Part shown: positions 26,101 through 37,905 of the stretch, in pieces
Layout of the letters: the number at the start of each line of letters is the position of its first letter
Numbering within the stretch: the stretch's first letter is position 1
From: Ylistrum balloti
Lineage: Eukaryota
Direction: 5' to 3'
NCBI RefSeq assembly: GCF_031769215.1
Contig: NW_026781953.1
Coordinates: 372,001-436,000 of the forward strand
DNA length: 64,000 bases
Position numbers and translations under genes: made by a program
The notes under the pieces: generated by a model
Database searches by the model: none
What the model saw: the letters and a program-made list of their open reading frames with translations, nothing else
What the model was told of the DNA's origin: nothing

Positions 26101-28657
26101 AAAATATATGATGTAGTTTTATTCATTGTTCGGTCTATACTGTAACTGTTACTGAATTTGTTTCTTGATCTTTCACAATATAACAGATATTTAAATTGGT
26201 TTGGCCTTTATATACTTTCATAGGACCTTGTCCTTTCCAAATATAACAAATATTTACACTGGTTTGGCCTTTATTTACTTTAATATGTTTTTATGTATGT
26301 AATAGTGCTAAAGGACCACAATCTTAGCATGACGAAAGTAAAATGTCTACCTTCTCTGAGTGTTTAATTTAAAATATAAGATATATGGCTTCTGTTATAT
26401 TATTTAAACGGTGTAATATCTATTTCCCCCCAGCTGTATGGTCAGTTTGACGTCGTGGTCAACTGTACCGGTCTAGGAAGCAGAGAGCTCCTTGGTGACA
26501 AAGAAATATTCCCTGTCCGCGGACATCTCATTCGGGTATAATATTATTAAATATCATTGTGTTGCTCAGAGAATTTTTCACGTCGTGTTCGGTTCATTAA
26601 ATATCGTGTATTATGCGTACTGTTTGATTTTCTTGTAAAGACGCACAAGTTCCATTAATATTCCAGTTTGACTTTCCCTCTTATCATCACTGACGAGTCC
26701 TGTAAAGACGAAACAGTTGTATGATGCAGATCAAAGCATTCAACTTTATCTATCTGTAAAATTTTATTTCAATCATACTGCTCATCTCTTAGTCTTTTTG
26801 TAAAATATTTAAAATCTTGAATATTTATTCCTAGTAACGTTGCAAAATTTATGTGTAATAGGTTTAATTTCATCAATTGGCGCAATGTCTATATTTGAAT
26901 GTCTGAATCATCATTAAGCAGAACTTTGAAACTATCTACGACCTGTAATATTTGTCGTTAACAGGTAAGAGCCCCGTGGATAAAACAATGGGTATACACA
27001 GACGATGACACCTATTTTGTTACAAAGTAAGTTTAATTAAGGACGAAAAAATATCTTACACCGGTTGTTTATTTTATTAGTCGGTATCTACCGCAACCGG
27101 AATTAATACAATGGTTTGCTACCTGAAAATGTATAGTCCGGTCAAAACAATGTAAATTTGAAAAAAAAGGTTGATTCAAACGATTTATGATATTTTTTTT
27201 TATTAATTTTTTAATATAACTTTAAGATAATGCAATGCAACCAAGCTATCTTATTTAAACGTCACACATGTATGATGATATAAGATCTGTTCCTCTGCTT
27301 CACTGATGGCAACAGTAAATATCATTCATCTTGAATTACGAGTTTTCGTCGTCCCCCTCCCTTCCCGGCAAATTCGACAATTAATCAGGTATATCTCTGT
27401 GGCATGCGTTGTACATAAAAAGTTTAGTTCAACATGACTTGGAACCGAGAGATATGTTTTCAGGAGTTTCCGTGTAAATCTTTCTTTTGTTAATATTTTT
27501 CCTAGTTTTATCGAATTTCAGTTTGGATTATGAGTATGTTGACATGTTAGTGTTTTCTTGTTTTTATATGTTTTTATTATTTTAAATACGATAGTCTCTT
27601 GGCATATGCTTACAAATCCAGTACCCTCCAGTATTCCTTGTTTGTAGTGGTGACTACGTGGTCCTCGGTGGGATGAGACAGAAGGATAATTATAGTCTGG
27701 AGTTTGACCATCGAGACAGGGCAGGCATTCTTGAGCGGTGTCATAAGCTATGGCCTTCCTTACAGGTAAAAATAGACAGGTGACAAACTTCTTAATGACT
27801 GTATTATTTGGAAGTCCCTCAGTTCTGTCTCAACTTCATTTATACTCTTTCACTTTCCTGAATAAATAAAAATGCTGATTTAACAGGAGTTTCAAGAGCA
27901 CGAAGGGCAGTGAAAACTTTTTTTTTATTTTGAAAATGCATAACGTATCCGCTCACAGATATCTATGTTAATATCATTGTAAGGTTTCGACAGAGATGGT
28001 ACATGACTCATATCACCCTATACCGTATCTTAACTGCACAGAAAAAAAATAATATCAAAATACCTTAAACCTGCATTTATCTGCACTCATATCATTGTAC
28101 CACCAAAACCACTTGCACCAATATTTTCTCTTCAATTTTCAATGATTATATTTAAACACTTTTCAGATCAGTCACCGATGTTAATTAGTCATAGTGACAA
28201 GACATTGTTGTGTTCCGAATGTTGAAGGTTATTGAAATAACATTCTAATATATGGATTTGTTATACCAGGGGGCCAAGATCGTGGACGAATGGGTGGGTT
28301 TAAGACCAACTCGATATCCGCTCAGGTTGGAGAAGGAGACTTTAAGGCTGCCACAAGGAGAAATGAAGGTGAGGCTAGCGAAATTTCTAGTTCTCGGAAA
28401 CATAACTAGGAATTTTATTGTAAAACTTATAGTAAATTCATTTCAAAACTTTTAAGTTTGAAAACAAGATAGTAAGTGGAAGAACTTTGCTATTGGCGTT
28501 CAATACATACTGAATAACAAAATACATGTTTTTTTTCCAGATCGTTCATAACTACGGTCACGGTGCTAGCGGTGTAACGTTGAGCTGGGGCACGGCTGTG
28601 GAGGCAGCGCAACTCGTCAAGGATTCCATAACGGGCACAATTACCGCCAGAATGTAG
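17151..28657 (+). CDS. DAO/DDO: D-amino-acid oxidase / D-aspartate oxidase paralog B; exon 1 disrupted as assembled, exons 2-10 intact
   Basis: The exon-1 stub 17151-17186 encodes [16 protein letters not shown] exons 22358-22472, 23295-23377, 24969-25034, 25818-25872, 26434-26535, 26965-27026, 27648-27765, 28270-28368 and 28541-28657 match DAO-A exon sizes (exon 3 is 3 nt shorter) and phases with no stops. Motifs: [37 protein letters not shown]. The C-terminus ARM is PTS1-type. Confidence 0.9.
17185..20707. repeat. 3.5-kb minisatellite, 41-bp unit (37-bp variant), followed by (CA)n at about 20730-20747
   Basis: cacacaaggattaacaatattcatctcacactcagcactta is repeated about 85-90 times with cacgta and cactaa variants. 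Confidence 0.97.
22463..23085 (+). repeat. 17-bp tandem repeat derived from the DAO-B exon 2 / intron 2 splice junction
   Basis: The unit aagatcgtg-gtaagtgt matches the true junction AAGATCGTG|gtgagtgt at 22472/22473; about 36 units. Confidence 0.9.
23443..23529 (-). ncRNA. Hammerhead ribozyme dimer (one intact, one degenerate) in DAO-B intron 3, antisense
   Basis: Minus strand 23443-23484 is AAUCA CUGACGA GUCCU-AGA-AGGAC GAAA C-AUCU-G UA^ UGAUG. A second, degenerate unit lies 45 bp away at 23488-23529. Confidence 0.82.
24141..24290. mobile_element. MITE-like element with internal palindromic ~21-bp repeats
   Basis: Inverted ends tacggaagcgta (24141-24152) and tacgcttcctta (24279-24290) match at 11 of 12 positions and enclose five actcgaaatttcgag-type units. 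Confidence 0.55.
26685..26726 (+). ncRNA. Intact-core minimal type-I hammerhead ribozyme, sense orientation in DAO-B intron 6
   Basis: CAUCA CUGACGA GUC-CUGUAAA-GAC GAAA C-AGUU-G UA^ UGAUG has a perfect 5-bp stem I and a full catalytic core. Predicted cleavage is after A26721. Confidence 0.82.
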
Positions 28658-31600
28658 AACATATTTTGTACATACCTTTTAATACGGAGTGTACTTACTT
28701 GTTAGCTCGCTGGATGACGGGATGTATACAATATAATATTCCAGAACATATTTATCTTGTTACTACATGTATTTGTTAACACTTATGGGAGTCTTGTACC
28801 CTACTTAATGTATGGTCCTTGATTTCTTTTGACAAAACGTACTTGTTTGATATATTTTCTTCTAAATTAAAGTGCATTGATTACAGGAATGGGGGCTTGG
28901 TTTCAATTGTGATAGTATTATATTGTATAATTTCGGCATAGCTGTTTAAACTTGCATCAATCGAACTGCGCTATGGATCTTGAACCTTGGGAAGGCGAAA
29001 CCGTTAGAACCACGGTCAAATTTCATTGCATGCAATGCTCTATGTTGGTGAGTCACCTGAAACGGTTGAAAATAATCTTTCTTTTCTCCAAAATGAAAGA
29101 AATATAAACTGGCAGAAAAAAGGCACACGGAAATGACCTCAGATGACTGGAGTAACAACAATCCTTAGAACAAAAGGTCATTCTATGTGAAGTTCTATAG
29201 TGCTGGGCTACCTGAAATGTTTAAAGTTCGACATTTTTCTCCAAATTAACTCCTAGTAGCCACGACCAAAGTTAATTTCAGACTATTTTGTATTGGTTGG
29301 TCGCCCGATTGTTGAGGTGTATTGTCTTTCTCCAAAGTAATACGATTGAAATAAGACTTTGGAATATACATTGGAGCTACACCAAAATAGTCGTAGAGGA
29401 TTGAAGTCACAACATAACACTTAGAGCGGCGGTCATTGCCATTCACAACACGGAACAACGCGAAAACTGAGAAATAGGGCGAGGCCAGACACAATATGAA
29501 GAAGTTATATTTCAATTTTTTTTAAATGTACACTCTCCTTGACCTGCTATCCTGGGTCTACACCTGGAGGTGACGTCATAAATACGAAAGCGTCCAGGAA
29601 CTGCCGATGTGACAGTAGGGAATTGGTATTTATTTATTTATTTATTGTGACGTCACTCGCGCTAATATAGCGTTGACTGATAGAGTATTGCATGTAGGTA
29701 CAATTTGGTTGTATACATATTTATGTAGGATATGGTATAGAATTTGGATCAGATCGAGGCTTTGATGAGGCTCTGAACCCTAATGTTCTATTTCCAAAGG
29801 TAGAATAACCATTATCCTACATCCATTAATATGGTTCACTATTTTTCACCCACCTCTTGCACCTCTTAAAAAGTGTACCTCAGATTTGAAGAACATTGCA
29901 TTAGTCTCTTCATTAAGAGGTTGTATAATAATTCGTTCTTTTCACGAGATGTTGTCGGTTGCGGACGGCAAGATCGTCATGAACAGACAAGCAATGTTAT
30001 GACCGTCTTATGATTGTGAAATAATCTTATCAACTTTTTGTGAGGTCATGATGACGAAGGTCGCTTAGTGCACCCATGTGAGCTTAAAGAATATTTCAAC
30101 CCTTGGACAGGTGATTTATAGAATAATTTACTATCTCGGAGATGAGATATGGGAATTTTAATCCGTAGGGAGGTATAATCAAGTTAGCAAACGCGCGGGC
30201 GAGACAAGGAAATCTTGTATCGGTTAAAAGCGTAGATTTACTTGTCCAGTGTAAGAGTCATTTCTCTTTCTATGGAGAGTATTACTTTCAGCTTAACTTT
30301 ATAAAATTATAACAGTAATATTTGTCTTTAAGGGCCACTACTTAAGCATAGATAATTGACCTAAATGGACCCCAAACTAGCGGTCTTCAGAGGCAGGTAT
30401 TTGTTTGAGATGGTCTGTCTGGGCAGGTTTACTTCAGCACCTAAAAATTCTTAACGGGATCAGAATTTGTGTCGGAACCGATGTTCTGAACCCACGCTCT
30501 ATACCCGAGGGTAGAATATCTATTATCCGACATGGGCGTTCCACATTGAACACGAGTATCCCACACAGACAGAGGAGTGAAGAATATCTGCCCAGGTAAG
30601 ATAATCATGATACAGGATTTCCGGTTAGAAGGGGTGCACAATTCTTTTAAAAGTGAGTTATTATCATTCCTTGGAGATGTTTGCGTTGTCAGTGCTAAAG
30701 CATTGAAAAAGTGACGACTTAAATCAGCGCCAAACAAGCGGGATATTTACAGATCAGGTGGTTGTTATAGATAGGTTTTAAAGACAGGTTTTATTGTATC
30801 AAAACATTAACATTAACATTAAGAACAAGCGGGGAAGAGTTAAGAACTTTTCATTGAGTTACTTCCCTTCAATCGGACAGCGGGAACAAGGCTATGATAC
30901 ATCTCTGGCTTTTCTCGTGCGGTAAATTCCACGTGTTAAAACAGTACTTTGAGTCCAATGTAACCTCACATAAAATTGAATATAAATTCCAATTCAAGAG
31001 CATTTCGTTCATATGCCTATTTAAAACATAAAAAGAAAATGATATCGGCTTCCCGCTCTGAAAGGATAGGTATAAAACAGTCGATTTCGCTGAAGATCTG
31101 AATCATTGGAGTGATTTCCTTGCGTGTTATGTTCGGAATCTATTTCTTTCTCTAGATTTGAAGTAAAGAGAACTTGATTTTGTGATAGAGGCTGCCGACG
31201 AGAATGCCTTTGAGAAATAAGTTAAGATCTAATATTATTTGATGAACTGTTTCTCAGTCGAAAAAAAGGAGTAGGGGGGAGGGGGGGAGGGGGAGGGGGA
31301 GGGGGGGAGAGAATAATATGTTCGATAATCTAACTTTCACGATTAGAAAATCTATTGTCTGATCATGACATATAGTATTTGTGTCACAGATATTTACCTT
31401 GATATTTCAAGAGCAGATGCTACCCGAAAGGACCCGGGAATTTCGGTTAGATGAAGTTCTTTGATGGAAATCCACTGTCCGAGGGAAAAACACCTTCTGT
31501 TTTCTATGTATGGTTCCTCGAACTTTTTTGCAATATTTTTTTCGCCTTTTTTAAGTGCTGATATCCAAACTGTAGAAAGCACGCACGTGATCCACAAGGT

Positions 31601-32227
31601 CCGTTGTATGCACTCATTTCACCTGACTAACCGACACGCAGAGGACGCACGTACGTTTTGACTCTTGACACGTGAACTTTTTTCTGACGTAATTGCGCAT
31701 GGATAAAACACAACTGTTGGGAATATTGTCACAAGGACGTAGAAAAGGAAAGCAACATTTTATAGTGAAACTAACTACAGACTTTTTTTTAGATGAGACG
31801 ATATAAATAGGCGAGACTTGTCACTTGTTCAATATTTAAATACATTGCAACTTTTTAATAGACAACTCATTATAAACAAAACCCAATCAGGTTTCCAAAC
31901 CGGGTCAATGTATAATACATTATATGAAAATATTGAGAAATGTCTAATTGTCTAGTAGTTTTGTGATATTTCCAAAATCTCGGTAAACTCTTTTTTAAGG
32001 AATTAATTATCTAAAGAACGTAATTAAGAATAATTAGTGCATCCTAGACTCAATCAATATATACACAAAATATATATAATGTACATGTAAACTAAAAATA
32101 AGTTGGTAAATCTGTACCCAATCCCATAGTATAAATTTGACACAAATGAAATATCTTCTTCAAAGAGCGTTGCCTGCCGAGCGAGGAATATAAGGGAGGT
32201 AATCATATTGCGCTACACAGTAAGTGG

Positions 32228-32248
32228 TGACGTCATCATAATATAAAT
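32228..32248 (+). promoter_or_regulatory. Candidate core promoter of the HSF gene (CRE plus TATA)
   Basis: TGACGTCA at 32228-32235 and TATAAAT at 32242-32248, about 100 bp upstream of the ATG at 32350. Confidence 0.4.
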
Positions 32249-32349
32249 AACGACGCAGCAAAATGTGCACATGGTCATTTAACCAAGTTGGACGTGCCTG
32301 TGTTCGAGAACAAAATCACTCGCGATTTCCTGGTAAATAAGAACTAACG

Positions 32350-35336
32350 ATGGAGGGAATCGAGGAAAACATTTTGGATAAGCTGTCAATGCCACATTTG
32401 TTGCAAATACGTTTCCCATTGAAGCTTTGGCAACTCCTGAATAGTTGTGATAGTGGAGCGATTTCATGGAGCATCGACGGAAACTCTTTCATCATAAATA
32501 GGAGAATATTTCAGACAGAGTTTTTAAGTAGAAAACGGAATACATTCAAGACTCAAAACATAAACAGTCTGGTACGTCAGTTAAATTTGTATGGTTTTCA
32601 AAAAGTTCAAAGACGTCCGTTTGCGGGAATATCTCGGAAACACTGGCCTGACCTACTGGAGTACCGTCATAACTTCTTCCGGAAAGGTCATCCTGAACTT
32701 CTGAACAACGTCCAGCGGCGATCAAAGGACGACGATGAAGACCAAATTGCCAGCAGCAACCTTTCCCGATATCAGACCCAAGAATCCCTGTCTAACGTAA
32801 GTTTATAAATAACAAAATTGTTATATTGATATCATATGTCGTTTTATAATATAGACAATATATTAGGGTCGATTTTATTTTGGTAAGTATCGGTAATAAA
32901 ATACTACCGTAGAAAAAAAAAAGTATTCTAGAATAAAAATTTCCACTGAAATTTTCCAAGAATTATTACCTTTAATTTTACATGAATAAAATTTTTAGTG
33001 CTAAGTATTAGTTTGTACATTACAAGTCACAGAAATGACTCGACTTTAATTTTTTTTTTCGCACGGATTAATAGTTGTACGTAACAGCTAAATTTGAGAA
33101 GAAAAAAAGCATACTACAAGCAAGCTATACTTGTATACCTACTGAAAGATTACCGAATTGAGTCGAACGTTAAAATACAGAATAGTAGATTTATAATCAA
33201 CTCAGTTTCATTTTCAGGATCGATATATACTATTTTATCAGTTACCCATCAATGAGGGTAGGAAAAATACATATGATTTTTGTTCATTCAGAAAATCGCA
33301 ATCCATAACTTATTATCTTGGCGGGTGTATTATAAAGATATCATCCTGTAAATTTGTTAAAGAGTGTGTTATTTCAGGACTGAAATACTATTGATAGACC
33401 AAGTAATGGACGATAATGGTTATCTGTTTTATTTACTCTCATTCTGTACATTTTTGACATTAAAATAGTATCTCCTGGTCCCGAAAGGGGGTTACTCTAC
33501 AGTAACTTTTAAAACGTGAATCTTGTTGGACACAGGAGAGTCTTCTTCTTCTTAAAAAAAAACAACAACAAATAAACAAAATCCTGTTTCTGGTTACCCT
33601 TCTGTACCTATCCTGATATTTTGCACCTTCACTAAACTTTTTAATAATATTTCCAAAGAAACACTGTTAAAGTCAAGATCTTTCTTCTACCCATTATAAA
33701 CCGAATAAAAAACCCTATTATATTTACTTTTCCTACAGTACCTATACGTACTTACCCATCCACTCTATTTTTTTCAAGCATATGTCAAAAATCACATTAA
33801 TTTTTGTATCTGGCCTAAGGTGCCACAAAATTTCTAGTCGTTCCGTTCCTCGCCCTTTTGTACGAGTGTAGCAAATAAAAGAAATACTTGCTTGGTTTTC
33901 AGACAAAATGTTCACAGAACCAGGATGAAATTTATGTTTCCGCTTCAAAAGAAGAAGAGCAATTTGGCACACAGGCGACCGCCTTCTGTACACAAGGTAA
34001 TACACAGTGCCAGCCAATGAAGCTTCCATTGAAACGTGTGAAAAAGTTGTATCCAAGAAATATATTGCAGACCTTACCATTACAGAGCCAAACGGGCGTT
34101 TTCCAGTTCCCTATAACTGTGCCGAATGATTCTTCCCAGTCCTTTCCTATACCATTGAAGATATGTTCTACACAGAAAGTTGCTTTGAGTCAAAACTTAG
34201 ACGTCGCAAAACAGGACACAAATTTTCAAGTCATGACAAATGTGGACGGGAAGCTGTATGTTCAAGGAAACCTTGTACAGCCCGTGGCATCTCCATTAAC
34301 AATACAAGTTTTGGCAAATGGCTCTCAGACCCTTCAGACAGCTCCATTACAGGTAAATGGCGTTCAGCATCTCCAAATTGCTGCCTTTCGGAAAACTGGC
34401 GTTCAATACCCCCAAACAGCTTCTTTAACAGAACCTGGCGTTCAGAACTTCCAGACAGATCCTTTACAGGATCCTGGTGTTCAGACCTTCCATTTAACTG
34501 CCTTACAGTATCCTGGTGTTCAAACCATCCAAACGGCTTCCTTACAGGATCCTGGTGTTCAGACCATCCAAACGGCTTCCTTACAGGATCCTGGTGTTCA
34601 GACCATCCAAACGGCTTCCTTACAGGATCCTGGTGTTCAGACAATCCAAACGGCTTCCTCACAGGATCCTGGTGTTCAAACCATCCAAACGACTTCCTTA
34701 CAGGATCCTGGTGTTCAAACCATCCAAACGGCTTCCTTACAGGATCCAGGTGTTCAAACCATCCAAACGGCTTCCTTACAGGATCCTGGTGTTCAGACCA
34801 TCCAAACAACTCCCTTACAGGAACCTAGTGTTGAGATCATCCAAACAGCTCCCTTACAGGAAACTGGCGTTCAGACCATCCAAACAGCTCCCTTACAGGA
34901 ACTTGGCATTCAAACCATCCAAACATCTCCCTCAAAGGAACCTGCCTTTCAGTCCATCCAAACGGCTCCGTTACAGGAACCTGGTGTTCTGAATCTTCAG
35001 GGAGAGACCATTCAGACTCTACAATGGGAACGTATTTCTGGCCAGAACTTGTACATCCTTAAGTCGGACAACTCACATGACATTCAGAATATGAAGTTAG
35101 ATTACTTAAAAGGACATAACATTCAGAATTTCCAGGAGGAAAGCTCCCAGGGAAATGATGTTCCGACTGTCCAAACAGAAAATCAGAATTTCCAGACGGC
35201 CAACGTTAATAGACAAGACGTTCTTCTGATGGAGCACTTCCAGCATGAGAATAGCACCATATGCTATCCGGAGTCGGACATATCCCCCGAGGTCAGGACG
35301 GGAGATGAAACTGTCATCATTCCAGTGTCTGATTAA
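32350..35336 (+). CDS. HSF-type DNA-binding-domain protein (HSF5/HSFY-like), 2 exons, about 626 aa, with a repetitive Q/T-rich tail
   Basis: Exon 1 (32350-32796, donor aac|gtaagt) encodes FPLKLWQLLN...ISWS..G.SF.I....F...FL...FKTQN..SLVRQLNLYGFQKV...LEYRHNFFRKGHPELLNNVQRR. Exon 2 (33903-35336, acceptor ttggttttcag|ACA) is in phase 0. No heptad trimerization zipper is evident. Confidence 0.85.
34389..35000 (+). repeat. Coding 39-bp (13-aa) tandem repeat, about 16 units, QDPGVQTIQTASL
   Basis: caggatcctggtgttcagaccatccaaacggcttcctta units are all frame-preserving within HSF exon 2. Confidence 0.95.
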
Positions 35337-35578
35337 TAGACGAAGATTCCGTGGTGTCTGATTCATAGACGGAGATTCCATAGTGTCTTAATTCATAGTA
35401 GGAGATTCCGTAATGTCTGATTCATAGACGGTGATCTGTAGTGTCTGATTCACATACAGAGATTCCGTAATGTTTGATTCATAGACAGATATTCCGTGGT
35501 GTATTATTCATAGACCGAGATTCCGTAGTGTCTGATTCATGGACGTTAATACCGTAGTGTCTGATTCATAGACGGAGA
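35325..35578. repeat. ~29-bp tandem repeat starting across the HSF stop codon
   Basis: gtgtctgattcatagacggagattccgta is repeated about 9 times. In the first unit, gattAAtagac supplies the TAA at 35334-35336. Confidence 0.85.
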
Positions 35579-35689
35579 ACAGAAAATATTCTTGAAGCAC
35601 CATCATCCTAATCCAATATCGCAATGATTAGATCCATTCCATGCCACCAGCTTTACAACCATTAAATGATGTGAGCTTCACAACCATCC

Positions 35690-36790
35690 ATCACCATCAG
35701 GTCCACAGCCATCCCATAACATCAGATTCACAACTATTCCGCACCGATAGGTTCACAGTCATCCCATAATATCAGATCCACAAACATTCCGCACCGATAG
35801 GTTCCCAGCAATTCCACACCGACAGGTTCACAACTATTTCGCACCGTCAGGTCCACAGCCATCCCATAACATCAGATTCACAACTATTCCGCACCGATAG
35901 GTTCACATTTATTCTGCACCGCCAGGTTCACAGCCATCCCATAACATCAGATTCACAAACATTCCGCACCGATAGGTTCCCAGCAATACGACACCATCAG
36001 GTTCACAACTATTCCGCACCGATAGGTTCACAACTTTTCCCGCACCGTCAGGTTCACAGTCATCCCATAATATCAGATTCACAAACATTCCGCACCGATA
36101 GGTTTCAAGCAATTCCATACCGACAGGTTCGCAACTATTCCAGACCGTCAGGTCCACAGCCATCCCATAACAACAGATTCACAACTATTCCGCACAGCCA
36201 TCTTGTGCTTCCAGCTTCAAGGCTTTCACAGCGCCGCTAGGTTCACAACCATCCCAAACCGCTAGGGTTTCAACCCTCCTGCACTGTTAGGTTCACAACC
36301 ATCCAAACCGCTGGGTTCACAGTCACCCTGAACTGTTAGGTTCACAACCATCCAAACCGCTGGGTTCACAGTCACCCTGAACTGTTAGGTTCACAACCAT
36401 CCCAAACCGCTAGGTTTACAGTCACCCTGCACTGTTAGGTTCACAACCATCCCAAACCGCTAGGTTCACAGTCACCCTGCACTGTTAGGTTCACAACCGT
36501 CCAAAAACCGCTAGGATTACAGTCAATGTATTGTCTGGTTCACAGCCATCAAGAACCGGTAGGTTAACAGTCATCCTCCACTGTCAGGTTCACAACCGTC
36601 CCAAACCGCTGAGTTTACATTCATCCTCCACTGTCAGGTTCACGGTCATGCAAAACCGCTGGATTTATAGTCATCCTGCACTGTCAGGTTCACACCCATT
36701 CCAAACGGCTGGAGTTACACTCATCCTGCACTGTCATGTTCACAACCACCATAACATCGCAGCCAAGTTTACCACAATATTGCACTGCTA
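35690..36790. repeat. Family of 25-bp monomers arranged in higher-order units
   Basis: Monomers ggttcacaactattccgcaccgata, ggtccacagccatcccataacatca, ggttcacaaccatcccaaaccgcta and ggttcacagtcaccctgcactgtta. Confidence 0.85.
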
Positions 36791-36859
36791 GTTCATAGCC
36801 GTGACGCTACTTCCCTGTGAGTAGCAATCCTTCACTCTCAAGTTCCTACTGCTAGATCT

Positions 36860-37190
36860 ACAGACCTTCCCACACTGTCATGTTTAGTTATTCCGGTATA
36901 CCCAGTAAGGGAACTGTCTGGTAAACAAATATCCCACACTGTCAAAGTCGCATAGGCATCCCGCATTAACAACCTTCCCACACTGTCAGGTTTAGTTATT
37001 CCGGTATACCCAGTGAGGGAACTGTCTGGTAAACAAATATTCCACACTGTCAAAGTCACCCAGTCATCCCGCATTAACAACCTTCCCACACTGTCAGGTT
37101 TAGCCATCTGGTACGCAAAGTGAAAGAACTGTCAGGTTAACAAATATCCCACACTGTCAAATTCGCACAGTCATCCCGCATCAGGCACCA
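36860..37190. repeat. ~107-bp tandem repeat, about 3 copies
   Basis: ccttcccacactgtcaggtttagttattccggtatacccagtgagggaactgtctggtaaacaaatat...ccacactgtcaaagtc is repeated. Confidence 0.85.
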
Positions 37191-37789
37191 TCCGTGATAC
37201 ATAGATTGTTATTCCGTAACTATCGTTTTAGTTCTAGAACGTATTTTTAACACACTGTTGAGTTATAGATCTTATTTTTGTTTCTGTGCCAAGAACTGCA
37301 GACAACAGTACATGACCTCCCCTTGTTAATAAATATGATTAATGGTGAAGGATTTGTCAGTTTTGTATTACGACAAACAAGCGTCTTGACCAGAGTATTT
37401 TTTATTCGACCTTCTAAATCTTAAAAAGGCAAATAAAATTCGCAAATACTAATGCACGCTCCTTATGAATATTCATGAGTCCTAGTGACTTATCATCATA
37501 AAGAAGAACACATTCCCAGCCACTGCCGGGCAAAACAGTTGTAAACTGATAAGAAATGGATTAAATTGTTAGTATCGATTATGAAATAGACTTGATGTCT
37601 ACGATCAGGTCACGACCATAGCTTTTCACAGGTATTACAAAAATATAAGTTGGGTTTCTAAAAATATCTTCGTAGTTATCAATAATATGCATGATTCGAG
37701 CAGTTATTACCGTTTTTGAAACACATCTACTTAATGTTCTTTATCATGAATTTCACAAACGTAACATAAAAGAACGACCGAACGGTTAG

Positions 37790-37905
37790 CATGCCAGGAA
37801 GCATGTTATCGAGTGGTATTATTACAGAGTGATTGACCGATAGAAGGAGAATAAAGCCTCAATACACCGTAGCATGTCAGTTTTTAATAGAGATGAAGGG
37901 GACGT
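37790..37905 (+). mobile_element. Penelope-like element GIY-YIG endonuclease C-terminal remnant
   Basis: One frame reads HARKHVIEWYYYRVIDR*KENKASIHRSMSVFNRDEG, matching the PLE pattern H..W....IDRE...KEAI.I....NRDEG. It has an in-frame stop and an internal deletion. Confidence 0.6.

Noticed and set aside
29700-30740. More GC-balanced, coding-like stretch with short ORFs (30405-30599, 30441-30737)
   Set aside because: There are multiple stops in all frames and no motif I recognise. It may be a decayed transposon; tBLASTx against Repbase/Dfam would decide.
31270-31310. G-rich tract as a G-quadruplex regulatory element
   Set aside because: Simple low-complexity run with no supporting context.
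34163-34992. Alternative-frame and antisense ORFs over the HSF repeat
   Set aside because: Shadows of the 39-bp coding repeat; only the 33888 frame joins the HSF exon and extends beyond the repeat.
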